NCBI RefSeq assembly: GCF_001194135.2
Contig: NC_069000.1
Span: 1,456,113 to 1,520,112 of the forward strand
Length of the DNA: 64,000 nucleotides
Source of the DNA: Octopus bimaculoides
Lineage: Eukaryota
Reading direction: 5' to 3'
Shown here: positions 52,251-64,000 of the stretch, one piece after another
How positions within the stretch are numbered: position 1 is the stretch's first letter
Layout: every line of letters starts with the position of its first letter
The notes under the pieces: generated by a model
The model's database searches: none
What the model was told of the DNA's origin: nothing
What the model saw: only the letters and a program-made list of their open reading frames with translations
Position numbers and translations under genes: made by a program

Positions 52251-54519
52251 TTGCTTCCCACGTATTTTGGTCAATGCCCAAATCTATGGCAGCAACAACC
52301 ATACAATAGCAATAATTCCACACAGGCCCAGAAGAAATTTTTTTAAGAACTTCTGATTCACACCTCCCTGCTGTGTTTTTTTTTTAAAAAAAAAGGAAGA
52401 ACATATTAGATAATGTAGTGAGAGATAAACTATGTATGTAAAGCTGGGATGGTCATGGCTAGAAGGCCTTTGATCATAAATCTGTCTAAACAGGACAGAA
52501 CACCAATAAATAGGCACAACACACATCCTATTAAACCAAAGTTTACAAAGTAGACATTTAACTCTTTAGCATTAAAACCTGGCATTTCTGGCTTAAATAT
52601 TTTATGTTCAGAATAGTCAGATCTGGTCTCTCACACCTACCCTACAATGTCATTCTAGAAATAAACAATCACATCATCGGAATCTCCAAGTTACAAGAAA
52701 ATGCATGAATAATTCAAAACCATGTAAATAAATAAGCATTACATATAACGATGTAACTGGATTGCTGATGGGTTATCTTTTATCTCTACAAATGCAGACA
52801 TTACAATATAGGCCTTGGTAGTAAAGGCAGGTTGGCAGAACTGTCAGAGCATCAGACAAAATGCCTTGTGATATTTAATTGTGGCCCTTTATGTTACAAG
52901 TCCAAATCCCACCAAGGTCGACTTTGTCTTGCTGAGAACATAAATTACCAATTAAGTACTCAGGTTGATTTTAACTAACTGCACTCCCCTCGAAAAATTT
53001 GTGGCTATCTGCCAGTAATAGAAATCAATATTCGATAATATTTCTAACAAACACCAGTTACAATTATGAAATGAAGCTGCCATTAATTTTTCATCAATGG
53101 AAACCAAGAAACACACGACCACACGATCAATAGTTTCTCACTTACCCAGTATTTATCACTTCCCCTATAAAGATCCCTACCCCTTCTCTCTTAGATTCTG
53201 CTCAGCCCTTTCAATGAAAAATGTGAACTGACGAGGACGAGTCTCTATATGGTTACTCTTCCTGCTAAAAATAGTAGCCAAATCTCTCTCAAATCACACC
53301 CTAGAGTCATAAATAAGGAAAGGGCACACTGGATAATGTAGTCCCAAGAATGAAGGTGGAATGTTTTTGATCATAGTAGGTGCTGCTTGTAATTAGGGTT
53401 GACCTGAGATTCACTTCTTCCTTCCTGCATCTCAGTCAGACCACACACAACCCTTTCCCCCTTCGGTCGTCTCATGTAGATCCCGTTGATGCTTATTTGT
53501 CATTCATCAACCATGACACGACAACAGAACACTGAAGAGGCAGAGTCGATGGGGCACCAGGCGAATGTTTTGCGAGATTTCTTTAAGCTCTCCCTGTCCT
53601 GAATCCAAGGCCCACTGTCTGTCTCAGAACAAACAGGTCCTTGTAAAAAAAAAATCAGTAAAAGGTTTGTGTTGGTAAGGTCCTTAAGGTAAAGCCTAAG
53701 AAATTTAGCTTATCATTCTGTTTGTGTGTGTTTGTATGCAATAGTTGCGAGCACCACCCTCATATCAGCAGTCAATCATTTCTGGTTTTCTGTGAAAACA
53801 TGTCCAGCTGTGGGAAAATACCTTGCTTAGAAACAGGTATTGGGTTGGCAGCAGGAAAGGCATCCAGCCATAGAAAATCTGCTTCAACGAATTCAGTCCG
53901 ATCCATGCAAGCGTGGAAAAGTGGATGTTAAAACTGATGCTTCTCATGACAGAACACCATGGCAAGGACGAGGATGCAAGGGTACTGTCAGTGTGGAAGA
54001 GCCATCCTCTACATGGTTGCTCTATTTGCTAGAAATAGCAGTGTCCAAACATCGTTGATTATACGTCTGCTTAGTGAAAGCTCATTTGGAGCTAGACAAC
54101 ATTTTGTCACAGTAGCAATCCCTATACCATACCCACCCAGATAATCAATTCACTTTCACACGTAATAAAAGGGTAACTCGGAAAAATAAAACAAAAATCA
54201 AAACACGATTTTGGTTTCCTACATTAAGTTTGGTAGACTGCACTTAACTATACAACACTTATGCAGAAAGCATTCCAAGGAAATTTTCTTAGGTTGTATA
54301 ATTATCCTTGTCAAACCTAACGAAAATATATCTCAAATTAAAAACCGATTTAAACACATTCGTATTTTTATAAAAAACACTAGAATATGAAGTCATCCTT
54401 CTTCCCATCCCATCATTGAAACATCTATTTTCGGTGAAGCTAAAACATTAAGTGCAGGACTTCAGAAAATAACATTGCTATCTTTCATATATTTATTAAT
54501 TTATTCTTAAATGGGTTAG

Positions 54520-54760
54520 AGGAATGGCCACCACCCATAAGTGTTGAAATCTTCCGAGAGGGAAGGCGGAAGTTTGTTTCGGAGAGGACCCCAGGCGCCG
54601 AATGCGTGCAACAAGAGGGCTCTCTGCCAAAGGTACTTATGAGAGATTTAAACACTCGAGTCACGAACAGAAAACGGTCTCTCTGACGACGGGATTCCGT
54701 GTAGTTTCCGTCTAATCTTCGTCCAAGCCGCCATGCAGTCTAACTGAACCTGGAATCATT
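54520..54760. promoter_or_regulatory. GC/CpG-rich patch in ZFAT 5' intron (alternative promoter or enhancer?)
   Basis: Inverted ETS-like cores CTTCCG...CGGAAGT near 54550-54572 and GCCGCCATG near 54727 in otherwise AT-rich DNA. Confidence 0.35.
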
Positions 54761-55806
54761 TCAGGCTATATCAATTTCTTTTCTTTCTTTGAATAGTGTT
54801 AATGTCTCGTAGCTGCAGCACTTCAGTCTTGTTGTTGGAAACCTTAAACTTATATTTAGATGTCATTTCACAACATTTAGGACGAATAATGGACAGTTTC
54901 ATAAACCAAATATTTTAAAAATTTTATAGCTTCTATACAGAGCTGCTTTGTGTTCATTATAATTCCATTCACGTCTAAAATACATTATATAAAGATATAT
55001 CTATAAAATAGGAATATAAACTGACCACACTGCTTGGCAGGGAGTCTCTACTTGGTCACTTAATCCGGTAGAAATGGCAGCTTAATCACCCTCTATTTTC
55101 TTAAAAGGATACAATAGGTAATCTAAACCTAAACAACACGGTATGGTCATGGCTTGAACGCCTCTGATCATAGGTCTGCTTAGTAAGTGATGACCTGGGG
55201 CTAAACAAGCACTATATTTAACGATCTCAAAAGAGAAAAGCAAAGTTGATCTGGGCGGGATTTTAACTGATAGAATTTTAGAACCTTAACAGGAAAGAGA
55301 AATAATTCGGTCCAGGAGAGTAATTAGTTGTATATAATAAACAACATAATAGACGGATATTATTAATATTTATTAGAATCAGATAAATGGCACGTGCTAG
55401 AAGTCGAAATTAATTTAAAAAAAAAAAAGACTACACTACAAAAACATGGAAAAGAACGGAAGACAGCACATGTAAACGATGAGGGAAAAAAACATAAAAT
55501 TAAGCCATTTTACTCTGTTGATTTTTTTTATCACGGATTGAAAAAAAAATTCTACATCCGATCTTTTAGACGGCAAAAGATGAAAATGTATAAATATATT
55601 CTACAACTACATGTATTGATATATATATATATATTCGTTCCCATTCGTATATCCAAACGTGCGTATATATATATATATATTCGTGAGAAGCTGCTGGTTC
55701 ACTTCGTCGCTACTTTCTTGTTACGTGCGATCCTCCAGGTACCAAAAAGATGGAATATAGAAATTACCATACCACGGTTAAGTGTGTGTATATGTGAGTG
55801 TATATA

Positions 55807-55850
<44 letters not shown>

Positions 55851-56329
55851 GACTAAAACTGAAGGCTCCCAGCACAGATTATTATAATTCGCTGTCAGTG
55901 ACGGTTTACGAATTGTAAACGATCTGTGTTTCTGGTGTAAATCAATTGTTCGTTGATGAAGTCTTGAGATAAAAAAAATGTTGCAGTCATTATATTTCAG
56001 TTCCAGGTGAAGTGAGACGAGACAATAAACAATGTGTTAGTTAGTAAATAAAGCAGGTATATTAATTAGAAAGGAAAAAAAGATGAGAGAGAGAGAGGAG
56101 AAGCTGGAAGCGAAACCTTTTCTGAATGCTTCGTCAAGTAGAGCTGGATACGTAGACACAAGTCGTCATCCAAACATGACCATCGCTAAATCTTGTCGAA
56201 ACGAAAGAATAGAGCGACAACGAAAAGGACATATTAATTGACGATGCAATCGAGTCAATAATTTCGCAAAAGAATAGCTAGACATTTTCAAAAGAATATA
56301 TTTAGACGAGAATCCGAAACCGCCCGAAT

Positions 56330-56640
56330 TTTAAACCAAATTTTTACCAGCTCAGTTTTAAAATCGCGAGAGCTAGGCTCAGATCGTAGGATTCTAATCG
56401 TCAAACAATATTCCACATTGATTCTAAATCGGCTTTAGGAAAAATTACCAAATACAATCATAGCTTTGTCTCTTACCTTAAATAATGTTTGCAACGAATA
56501 AGAAGAAATAAATTAGAACACCATCGCTCCGTATCCTTTCTAGATGCGGCTACAAAATGGCTTCCACTTTGTTCTCGACATGTAACGTAGCCAGGTCACG
56601 TGGTCTGTCTTTGCAAGGAGGCAGGTTAGGAGTTCCAACC
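56330..56640. promoter_or_regulatory. CpG-enriched promoter-like region upstream of ZFAT
   Basis: TCGCGAGA at 56364-56371, YY1-like AAAATGGC near 56554, E-box GGTCACGTGG near 56594-56603; locally CpG-rich compared with the window. Confidence 0.5.
56477..56545 (-). other. Probable non-coding first exon of ZFAT (5' boundary approximate)
   Basis: Strong donor AAG|gtaaga at 56477/56476 in a CpG-enriched patch; coding exon 1 has an acceptor 7 nt before its ATG, so an upstream exon must exist. Confidence 0.5.
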
Positions 56641-56917
56641 CACGTCTGGGCAGACACACATATACACACACACATATATATATATATATTTCTTATTATT
56701 ATTTTATTGGTTTCAGTCATTGCACTGCAGGCATGTTGGGGCATCGCCTTCACGGGGATTTTAAGTTGAACATAGCAATTCAACGATTCATTTTATCAAT
56801 CTTTATGGTTAAGATAACTTTCTTAACATAAAGGGACACAACTCGACGCCCTGTTTTTACCTCGACACACGCATACAAGCACATATATATGTTTATAAAC
56901 ATATGTATGTGAAATGC

Positions 56918-56950
<33 letters not shown>

Positions 56951-56987
56951 ATATATATATGTATGTATATATATATANNNNNNNNNN

Positions 56988-57037
<50 letters not shown>

Positions 57038-60000
57038 CAGAGAGAGAAAGGTAGTGTTGAGTTTCGTGTTCCTGCTTTTCGACACGATCGTGTTGAAAAG
57101 CGGGACCGCGAAACTCAACTAACTGCGATTGTAACACGCACACATATAGATATATATAAACTATATGCATTTGTAACGAAATGAGTCTGGGATTAGCTTG
57201 TGTGCCAAAACCTGTAATTACTTCGGATATGTTTATAAGTATCAAAGATTACGAAACTGAATAAGTAAATAAATACAAAAGACTGGGATTTCCCCCGAAA
57301 ATCTCTCCGTAATTTTTCGGTCTTGACATACTTTTCTAAAAAAATTTTTTCTTCAGATCTATCTTTACAACATCTGTTAATAGTTTATAGTATGAGTTTA
57401 TAATTCTTCGAAAATATGCATATAACATAAATCTAAAAAACAAAAATTGTCAAAAATTCTAACTGAAAAATTGTTGACAATAGGAAGGGTGGACGAAACA
57501 CCAACTCAGGTTTTATTTTACTTTATTCTATTTCCAAATTCATATTCTGTAATGCTTAAAAGATACACATTTCTTTGACGATCTAGATCATTTCCGACTC
57601 TATTCTTCACGATCGCCTATATAGAAACCAATCTTTTACAATTGTATACAATACAAATAATTATACACAGTTGGCTTCTACGCGGTTTCCGTTTAGTAGA
57701 AAATCCTATCCACAAAGTAATTTAAACCCGTGGCTACCGAGGTTGCAGCACAATCTTGGGGTAAAATATATTTTAGCTGAATAAAATGTTTAGTATTACT
57801 TTTCAATGTTTTGTTTCTGTTATTTTCCCTTTTGTCCCAGCAGGTATTCGTATATCTGACGATGGAGAGAAGCTCTACCTCTCTCTCTCTCTCTTCCTCA
57901 TTCTTGCAGGAAGCGAAATCTCATGATGGAACCTTAGAATTTTAAACAAAAACATCACAGCAATGGAATCGTATTGAACCCTCTTATGGATTAATTTTGT
58001 CTTTGACTGAAGATCATCATCATCAGTTTACTTTAAAAAGGATTCAAGGACTGTTTGTTTATTTTGATATTTTGAAAAAATAGAAAGGCACTGGTTGAAA
58101 GCACGCTGGTATTTATAACGTAAACACACCTTTTAATAGATTTCTTCGTTTATGAAAAAATGGCGCGGTTTTGGTCGTGTTTCAGGGGAAAACAAACAGA
58201 AATTTGAAACGTTTTAATGAAGCTAAAATATATTTTAGCTATATTCCCTTATATCGTTAACAGCTTATCGACAAGATTGTAATCATATATTTATATATTA
58301 CATATTATATATTATTTACATATTTTTTGTTCGTTATTTCAGTGCTTTATTTTCGTAAATATTTCGTAGTTCTAAATCTTATCAATAATTCTATATTGAC
58401 AATTATTAAATCTCAATGAGATCCAGTATTTGAATGGTACTTCGTTTTTATCGACCCCGAAGGGGGGGGGGAGACAAAATTGGACTCGACAACATTCGAA
58501 CTCAAAACGTAATGGGCTGTAAACAAGTTTTCATTTTCATTTTTGAAAAACTTTTGATTTGACATAGTTTTCATTGATTTAAGCAAAATAAATAATTTCA
58601 AAAAAAAAAGACTGCTTTTCGTCAATGGAATTACGTCAAATTTTTGGTTTTCACAACGTATTCTCCTCGCTTTTGGCTATCATGTAATATCATTCTTCCA
58701 TTCACATCTAGGATGCTTTATAGGAAGAATTTTTATAACAAATCAAGTCCTTAAATGAGGTTTTATTTTATTAATCCCGAAAAGATAAACAGGTAATTGC
58801 GATGCCAGCAGAATTCCAAGTCAACACTGAAGGGGAGATAACTGAATACTGCGGCTTTCAAATCTGATCTGAAACGAAAGAGAAACGATTTCATCAGCAA
58901 AGTTTAAACTCAAAAATGTTTCAGTAAAACTTCTTTTGAGAAAATATAATCTTTGTAATCCATATATTATTGACATCTTAAGAATTTATAAACGTAGAAT
59001 AATTCATTTTTGGAACTGGATCTCGAAGTACATATAAAGCTATGAATAACGGTAAATTTTACAAGTACACCCCCACGCGGTTCACTAAGAAAAAAACAAC
59101 AACCTCGGATACGTAATGCGGGTGGGGGGGGGGAGAAGTATCTAAGTAATTAACGAAAGAGGGGGGAAAATCGTATTTCATGGTTAGTTCCTAATTATAA
59201 CGGTAAATCGTATGTAGATATTGGGTTGAAAAACTCTTAGATAGAAAAAGTCGAAGGCCACCTGTAGGACTCGGACTCACATCTGTAAACATGACGGTGG
59301 GGTGGGGTCTAACATTTTGACCAAAGTAATTCTTTGAATATCTCTATCCATTTTAGTTTATTCTTGCCAAGCAAGAATTATATGTTGTTGACGTCATAAG
59401 AATTTATAAACTTTCGAGAGAACGTGAAATAATTCACCTTTTAGAATTGGTTCTTGAAGTACATATAAAGATAACGATTCCTTTGGCCATGAATGACCAT
59501 GGGATTGTGCCTAGAATATATATTTGAAAAAATTAGTTGAGATTTGGAATAATTTTTATTTTAATAATAATGTTTAAAGTGAGTGACTCTGGTATGAGTT
59601 TCAAGCTTCAAATGGCCGTTTTCAAACTGAAAAATGTATGTTTTACCGGTTGCTTAAATAGCAAAAAATCTATTTTTATCTTACAAGTATACACACAAAG
59701 AAATATATGCAAAAAAAGAAAAATATATAAAAAATACAACAGCATGTATATAGAAGAAGAAGGAGAGAAGAAAGGAGGCGAAGAAGAATGGAAAAATAAG
59801 TAAATGAAATAAAGTTAAAAATGAAATAAAGATAAAGATAAGAATAAAGATCAGACTAATAGTAACTGAGAACAGGGGGAGGGAGGGTTAAGTCCTTCAA
59901 GAATAAAGAAATGGAATATTTTGAAGTTGTCAATATTGATGTCACTTGTCAAAAGACGACCGGTGGCGTGCCTACTGATTTGAGGTCACCTATTTAGTTC

Positions 60001-60046
60001 TAATACATGGCATGGTGCGTGTGTGTGTGTATATATGTGTATATAT

Positions 60047-60731
60047 CATCAGCATCATCATCATCGTTTAACGTCCGTTTTCCATGCCAGCATAGGCTGG
60101 ACGGTTCGGCCGGGGTCTGGGAACCCAGGAGGTTGCACCAGACCCCAATCTGATCTGGCAGAGTTTCTACAGCTGGATGCCCTTCCTAACGCCAACCACT
60201 CTAAGAGTGTAGTGGGTGCTTTTTACGTTCCACCGGCACAGGGGCCAGAGGAGGCTGGAAACGACCACGATCAGTTGGTGCCTTTTATGTGCCACGAACA
60301 CAGGAGCCAGTCAAGGTGGCGCTGGCATTGGCCACGTTCGGATGGTGCTTTTTACGTGCCACCGGCACGGGTATCACAACTACAATTTCCATTTGATTTT
60401 CATTTTGATGTTGATGTCCTTGACTCAATAGGTCTCCTCAAGCACACCAGGTCGCCCTACAATCCAAGGTATTTTTGAAGGGGCTGGGGATGGTTATGCG
60501 AAACTGGTGTAGGATACAGCTGTGAACTCACTTTATTTGCCGGGTCTTCGCAGTTACAGCACATCTCCAGAAGTCTCAGTCTTTCGTCATTGCCTCATGC
60601 TCGACCACATCACCCCATGTCTTCCTGGGATTCTACCCCGGATTCCTTCAACTGTTTGGGAGTGGCACTTCTTCACACATCCCTCCTCATCCATCCGTAG
60701 TACATGACCATACCAGTGCAAACGTCTCTCT

Positions 60732-60733
<2 letters not shown>
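60047..60733 (-). mobile_element. 5'-truncated RTE LINE 3' end with complete 3' UTR
   Basis: QERRLHWYGHVLRMDEEGCVKKCHSQTVEGIRGR, repeated hairpin units, (GAT)n tail; TA-rich microsatellites on both sides. Confidence 0.9.
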
Positions 60734-60801
<68 letters not shown>

Positions 60802-61015
60802 GCACAAATACATACACACACATACAACATACTCACACACGCTCGCACGCACATATATGTACGGACGCACTTATTTACACAAACAAAATATTTTGAACTG
60901 ATCTAATTCACACGCATTAGGGAAAATAAACAGACAGCATCAAAAGAACCTAAAAGCTCATAAAAATCTTGTCACACCTGATCGTGAAGCGAACCCTCGT
61001 ATTGCTTTGCCGCAG

Positions 61016-61175
61016 CTTGTTAACGACCAATTGCTTTCCAGCTCGTAGCAGGAGCAGCTGTAACAGCAGCAGTTGTGGTGGGGGAATTCGTACCTCTCAT
61101 ACATGTCGGTCAATCGTGGCTTCTCTAAAATGGCTACACGCCAGCAGCTGGCTGCATTTCTGCACCATGTCCACC
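61016..61175 (+). CDS. Candidate exon of a plus-strand gene divergent from ZFAT (frame uncertain)
   Basis: GC-rich unique block, strong donor CACC|gtaagt at 61175, acceptor ctttgccgcag at 61015; ATGs at 61130 (MATRQQLAAFLHHVH) and 61167 (MST). Confidence 0.4.
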
Positions 61176-61631
61176 GTAAGTATAAAAGAGACAAAACTAT
61201 TGCTTCTACTCCAGATTGATCGCAATGTTTCCATTAACTTTAAATATCCGTTATTTTTGTTTATTCCTCGTGTAAACTTGTAGCAGCCACATTCGTGTCT
61301 GTCCCGATCGAAAATAACAAACCAAGAATTAAAGGCGTTCCAACCATAACCATTCCATTTTTTAAAAATGTCTAGTACGATCGTTGTTCAGTGTATCTTC
61401 CTCTTCTATCTTTTTATTCCTTTTCAACGACGACAGGGTGTGATTTGAGGAAGGTTTGATCTGCTATTTCTAACAGTTGGGTGACCACGTAGAGGTTCTC
61501 CCTTGCTGGTTCCTGTAAAGTTAAATGTGGCCAACTTAGCAGTTCTCTGGGATAAGACTTTGGAAAGGAATAAATCACAAAAATAAGTAGTTGGAAAAAG
61601 GTTCACAATATTATAAGGGAACTATTTTTAC

Positions 61632-61662
<31 letters not shown>

Positions 61663-62027
61663 NNNNNNNNNNNNNNNNNNNNNNNNNNNNNNNNNNNNNN
61701 NNNNNNNNNNNNNNNNNNNNNNNNNNNNNNNNNNNNNNNNNNNNNNNNNNNNNNNNNNNNNNNNNNNNNNNNNNNNNNNNNNNNNNNNNNNNNNNNNNNN
61801 NNNNNNNNNNNNNNNNNNNNNNNNNNNNNNNNNNNNNNNNNNNNNNNNNNNNNNNNNNNNNNNNNNNNNNNNNNNNNNNNNNNNNNNNNNNNNNNNNNNN
61901 NNNNNNNNNNNNNNNNNNNNNNNNNNNNNNNNNNNNNNNNNNNNNNNNNNNNNNNNNNNNNNNNNNNNNNNNNNNNNNNNNNNNNNNNNNNNNNNNNNNN
62001 NNNNNNNNNNNNNNNNNNNNNNNNNNT
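61663..62027. other. Assembly gap (largest in window)
   Basis: N run; other gaps near 3524, 8394, 23256, 23813, 32217, 33805, 38900 and 56978, many abutting microsatellites. Confidence 1.
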
Positions 62028-62189
62028 TAGAAAGAATAATAATCTTTTCTACTCTATGCACAAGGCTCGATATTTTGGGGGAGGAGGCCAGTCGATTAGA
62101 TCGATCTCAGTACGCAACTGGTACTTAATTTATCGGCCCGGAATTTGAACTCAGAACGTAAAGACAGATGAAATACCACTAAGCATTTC

Positions 62190-62431
62190 TTTACTTATTT
62201 CTTTACTGCCCACAAGGGGCTACACACAGAGGGGACAAACAAGGACAGACAAATGGATTAAGTCGATTATATCGACTCCAGTGCGTAACTGGTACTTATT
62301 TAATCGACCCGGAAAGGATGAAAGGCAAAGTCGACCTCGGCGGAATTTGAACTCAGAACGTAACGGCAGACGAAATACCGCTAAGCATTTCGCCCGGCGT
62401 GCTAACGGTTCTGCCAGCTCCTCGCCGCCTT
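62190..62431 (-). mobile_element. SINE family A, well-preserved full-length copy
   Basis: Reverse complement of the 16055 element; a second partial copy with a different tail lies directly left (62040-62188). Confidence 0.85.
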
Positions 62432-63799
62432 AGAAATAATAATAATAATGGCATACCTACAGAAGTATGCTCCCCGCCGATTTTGTTTCTTTAAGATTAC
62501 CAGAAAATGGATATATTTTAATGCAATTTTCTACAAACATGCTTTAGATGATGTAGATTCCGATTATATTGGAGTTTGTTGTGAAAACAACGTGTCCTTC
62601 CTTTCCTATGGTGAGCTTGAAGTAGATATAGTTGCTATTTCCGACAGACCGAGCAACCGCAAATGAACTTCCTTTTGACTGGAAGATACTAGCGATTGTT
62701 GCTTAGCTTCATGTCGGCTCTGATCTAGAAGATACTTACAATGAAAAGCATTCCAGCCATGACAATCTCTTCTAAGGCGGTAGGGAGATATTTCTAGCGA
62801 CCACATAGTAGCTCCCGGATAATAGATGTTGTTCTTTGGCCTTGGATAGCAGCTGATCGGACAGAGTTATGATCGAAGACATTCCAACCGTGACCAACAC
62901 ATGATAGAGTGATACCTGGAGCTACATTTTTTAATGTGCCTGATCCTTTACACACACACACACACACACGATACGGTAGGGTGTAATTCGAGAGAAATTT
63001 GCGGTTGTTGGTTTTTGGACCCCCTAAAAATGTAATTGTATCTCCTTATTTGCTGTTAATTTTTTATTTCTATCTCCCTTTTTTCCCTATCTTTACACAC
63101 TTGGACATTTTAATAAAAGCCATGATCTCTTTAATCGCTTTTCGTTACAATTATTATAAGGAGACCAGTGTATACAATATACGATGGTAATATGTTTTGT
63201 AAGGTGCTTACAATGTATAAGCTATTCAAATGTGATAGACTTTACAATTGAATTCATAGTAAACGTGATGGCAAAGCGTGCTAATTAACTAAAGTGAACC
63301 AAGTATCTTACATACTGAGAGAGAGATTAATAGTAAAAATAAAGAAAACAATTATTCTTTTACTTTCAAAAGGGGATCCTGGAAACGAAGCAAAAAAAAA
63401 AATTACCGATTTGGCTGCTATTTCCAGCGTACCCAAGGACCAATTATGGATTCTCCCTCAGATACGAGTGATTTTTGTGTTGTTTATTTGAAAGTTGTCA
63501 AATAGTTTAAAATAAAAACGGCGACGTAAATTGTCAGATAAAAAAAAACGACAAAGTTTTGAAGGTTGACCTTTATTTGAGCTTTGACTGTTTTTAGAGC
63601 GACACCGCCTTTGATAACTCACACCCATACCTCTTGATTAAAAATGGTACAACATCAAGTTGATTGGCAAAATATGTATTCCTCATTTATCCCAGATTAT
63701 TCCTAAACGACTTTAAATCAAATTTGGCAACCTTTCGGTATTAGTAGACGGCATCGTGCACCTGCTTTTTCAGCCTAATCTCTTTATTTATGTCATTGT

Positions 63800-63920
63800 T
63801 GTACGGGTGAATGACGTCGTCTACTGAAACCGGAAGATTGCCTCAAATTTAATTTTATCTATCAAGGTCATACACGCTCACACAATTGTGTGTGCACGCG
63901 CGCGCGTTTGCGAGCTCTTT
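63800..63920. promoter_or_regulatory. Promoter-like patch at the window end
   Basis: TGACGTC 63812-63818 (CRE-like), CCGGAAG 63830-63836 (ETS), (CG)5 63897-63906. Confidence 0.4.
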
Positions 63921-64000
63921 TCTGTTTGACTTCCTGAATTGTTTTTTGAAAATTTCAACAGTTTTCCTTAAAAGATCCTGGACATGTACGAATATATATA

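Noticed and set aside
54560-54780. RNase P RNA resemblance (AACAAGAGGGCTCTC, CAGAAAAC, TTCAGGCTA)
   Set aside because: No CR-I GGAAnnUCUGAG-type strand able to form P4 with TTCAGGCT; no RNase MRP or telomerase RNA layout either.

Overview
AT-rich, microsatellite-dense and repeat-dense animal genomic DNA with several N gaps. The SINE/LINE/MITE repertoire suggests an octopus (cephalopod) assembly; this is inference, not a database result. The one confidently identifiable gene is a minus-strand ZFAT ortholog (zinc finger and AT-hook protein). I assembled 13 coding exons (50554 to 33919) with canonical GT-AG sites and consistent phases, giving about 1292 aa with 17 C2H2 fingers, 2 C2HC-type fingers and one AT-hook. 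A probable 5' UTR exon lies near 56.5 kb. Weaker evidence suggests the 3' end of a plus-strand gene (1.6-3.2 kb), first exon(s) of an unidentified minus-strand gene (23.9 and 29.3 kb) and exon(s) of a plus-strand gene divergent from ZFAT (56.6 and 61.1 kb). The rest is tRNA-derived SINEs, RTE-type and RLE-type LINE fragments, mariner remnants and piggyBac/hAT-like MITEs. The most unusual elements are a Merlin-like insertion with a perfect 8-bp target duplication, a tRNA-headed element with a hammerhead-ribozyme-like core, and RTE copies that repeatedly sit in (TA)n tracts. There are no prokaryotic features or CRISPR arrays, and I see no convincing tRNA or rRNA genes.
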